Origin: Rhodospirillales bacterium
Lineage (GTDB): Bacteria > Pseudomonadota > Alphaproteobacteria > CACIAM-22H2
Assembly (NCBI GenBank): GCA_947445225.1
Contig: CANFCX010000001.1
Coordinates: 88,287-152,286, forward strand
DNA: 64,000 nucleotides
Reading direction: 5' to 3'
The notes below the pieces were generated by a model. The model was not told the origin of the DNA. It searched no databases and saw only the letters and a program-made list of their open reading frames with translations. This document shows positions 62,602 to 64,000 of the stretch, in pieces. The translations under genes and the position numbers were made by a program. Numbering within the stretch: position 1 is the stretch's first letter; every line of letters begins with the position of its first letter.

Positions 62602-63345
62602 ATGGCGACCGTTAGTCTGTTCTCGGGAAGCGATCTGAACGCGGGCTTTGATTCGGCCTTGGCGCAGCTGAAGAAGCGCCTGGACGCGGACCTGACGAAG
62701 AAGATCAACAAGATCAACGCCGAACAGCTCAAGCGGGCTTCGACCGCTTTTCAGGATTCACAACTCGTCAGGCTCAACAAGCGACGCTCGAACTTCCTGG
62801 CCATCCAGGGAAAACTCGAAGCGAACATGAAGAGCGTCGTCGACCTCAAGAAAATGTTCAATGAGATCAAGGGCTTCATCCGCGACACCAAAACCGCGGA
62901 GTTCAACCTCAAACGCTCCGAAATCGAAACTAAGCTCAATGGCTTGAACTACGTTGTCGACGGTCTGGTCAATACCGGACAGGATCTTGCCGCGCTCCGC
63001 CGGGATGGCAGCTTGGTTCTCGATGCGCCCGGATATAACGCTTTTGCCACACAGGCCGACCGCGACGCCGCCGCCGCGGCCATTGACGCGGCCTTCGCGA
63101 AGTTGAGCACGACCGACTACTTCCAGCGGAAGAATATCAATCTGGTCAAGGGTGTGATCAAGCAGCTCGACGGTCAGGTGGCCCGCACTGAGCAGGAAGT
63201 GGCGAAAATCCGGCTGGAAGAAAAGCAGATCGGACAGTCCCAGATTCGCAAGGCGCGGCTGCAAAACGATGCGACGCTCTATGCCCTCGAAAACAAGATC
63301 GATTCGTCTTATTTGACCGGCATGTTTTTCGACGTATCGGCCTGA
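62602..63345 (+). CDS. Lower-GC hypothetical coiled-coil protein (247 aa)
   Basis: ATG at 62602 with a GAGGAAAG SD. Lys/Asn-rich, heptad-like helical sequence MATVSLFSGSDLNAGFDSALAQLKKRLDADLTKKINKINAEQLKR.... No signal peptide and no TM segment. Confidence 0.55.
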   Translation: MATVSLFSGSDLNAGFDSALAQLKKRLDADLTKKINKINAEQLKRASTAFQDSQLVRLNKRRSNFLAIQGKLEANMKSVVDLKKMFNEIKGFIRDTKTAEFNLKRSEIETKLNGLNYVVDGLVNTGQDLAALRRDGSLVLDAPGYNAFATQADRDAAAAAIDAAFAKLSTTDYFQRKNINLVKGVIKQLDGQVARTEQEVAKIRLEEKQIGQSQIRKARLQNDATLYALENKIDSSYLTGMFFDVSA

Positions 63346-64000
63346 CGCCCGCGCGGTCCGCTCAAACGCGGTCCGCCGACGATTGCCAGGGCGACGGCGA
63401 GAGCGACGAGCCAAATCATACGTGATTGGTAGCGGTCGTTCGGGTTCAACAAGATCCCGCAGATAATCGCGTTGGCGACCAACCCCGCGGCGACAAAGTC
63501 AAAGAGTGTCGTCAGCCCGCGGCCCGCCGTGTCGCGCGCGAAGGTCAGGGCAAGGACCAGGAAAATCTGGCCGACGACGCCGGCCGGGATGTGAACCAGG
63601 TTCAGGGTGAGAAAATCCAGCCGGCCCTGCTGCTGAAGAGAGTTCTCGAAGGCGGCAACACCCGCCGGCAAATAGGTCTCCAGATAGGAACGGGTAGAGC
63701 CGAAATTGGGTGAGAGGCCCTCACCGGTGCGGATACCCAAAAATTGCCGCCAGATGGCCGCCGCCGCCACGCGCAGATGTATCCCGGGATAAAGGACCAC
63801 GGTCTCGGCGATGATCCGGCCGGCCTCGTCGATTCCCTGGGGACTCCAGCCGCCCATCCGATCCAGGGCGCGTGTGTCCGCCCACAGGAATTGGTCGGCG
63901 GTTTTCGGCAAGGTGTCGCGGAAGGCACATAAACGATAGTCGGGCGAAGGGCAGGTTTCCTGGAGGAACCGGTGAACGATGCCGTCCTGGACCAAGCGGG
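63309..64000 (-). CDS. Membrane protein, partial (5' end beyond the window end)
   Basis: C-terminal 228 aa with several hydrophobic segments (...IWLVALAVALAIVGGPRL...). Overlaps the 3' end of the coiled-coil gene by 37 nt in convergent orientation. Confidence 0.4.
   Translation of the reverse strand, partial: RLVQDGIVHRFLQETCPSPDYRLCAFRDTLPKTADQFLWADTRALDRMGGWSPQGIDEAGRIIAETVVLYPGIHLRVAAAAIWRQFLGIRTGEGLSPNFGSTRSYLETYLPAGVAAFENSLQQQGRLDFLTLNLVHIPAGVVGQIFLVLALTFARDTAGRGLTTLFDFVAAGLVANAIICGILLNPNDRYQSRMIWLVALAVALAIVGGPRLSGPRGRQADTSKNMPVK

Noticed and set aside
62602-63345. Flagellin / hook-associated protein identity for the coiled-coil protein
   Set aside because: It lacks the conserved flagellin N-terminal (…INTN…) and C-terminal (…LLR) segments. 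No flagellar genes are adjacent.

Overview
The window reads as a high-GC (~65-68% by eye) alphaproteobacterial chromosome segment, probably Rhodospirillales-like, that is almost entirely protein-coding. I found no rRNA, tRNA, CRISPR array, transposase or integrase. From left to right it contains: (1) a type II secretion operon on the minus strand, gspO-gspEFGHIJKLM, truncated at gspM by the window start, with no secretin gspD or gspC in view; (2) an accessory-looking block of a secreted five-haem cytochrome c, an alginate-lyase-like lipoprotein, dppABC with no ATPase genes, a GT4 glycosyltransferase, a secreted thermonuclease and a HIT protein; (3) the conserved FAD-oxidoreductase/DUF1365/cyclopropane-fatty-acid synthase/MFS cassette; (4) an outer-membrane beta-barrel protein, an SDR, a Tat-exported hypothetical, a hupE-zur pair and ctaA; (5) the most unusual part: a 1162-aa multidomain flavo-iron-sulfur oxidoreductase (N-terminal domain of unknown function + GltD/NfnB-like + PyrK/NfnA-like), a convergent orphan DnaA/Hda-like AAA+ ATPase only 2 nt away, and a MOP-type fused [2Fe-2S]/molybdopterin aldehyde oxidoreductase that lacks any FAD subunit, a candidate novel three-part redox module; (6) late cobalamin genes cobN-cobW-cobU-cobC-cobS / cobT, then an ExoD-like protein; (7) the TCA block lpdA-sucB-sucA-sucD-sucC-mdh; (8) hemE-hemH-hemJ-rho, where rho carries a long leader and an internal insertion; (9) a PEP-synthase regulatory protein, a possibly frameshifted hypothetical, a HIT protein and the his operon hisB-DUF2628-hisH-hisA-hisF-hisE; (10) a lower-GC coiled-coil protein gene at the right edge. 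Many of the long ORFs in the supplied six-frame track are antisense artefacts of the high GC content and were discarded. Starts were set by hand from Shine-Dalgarno sequences and operon coupling; several are non-ATG (GTG/TTG).
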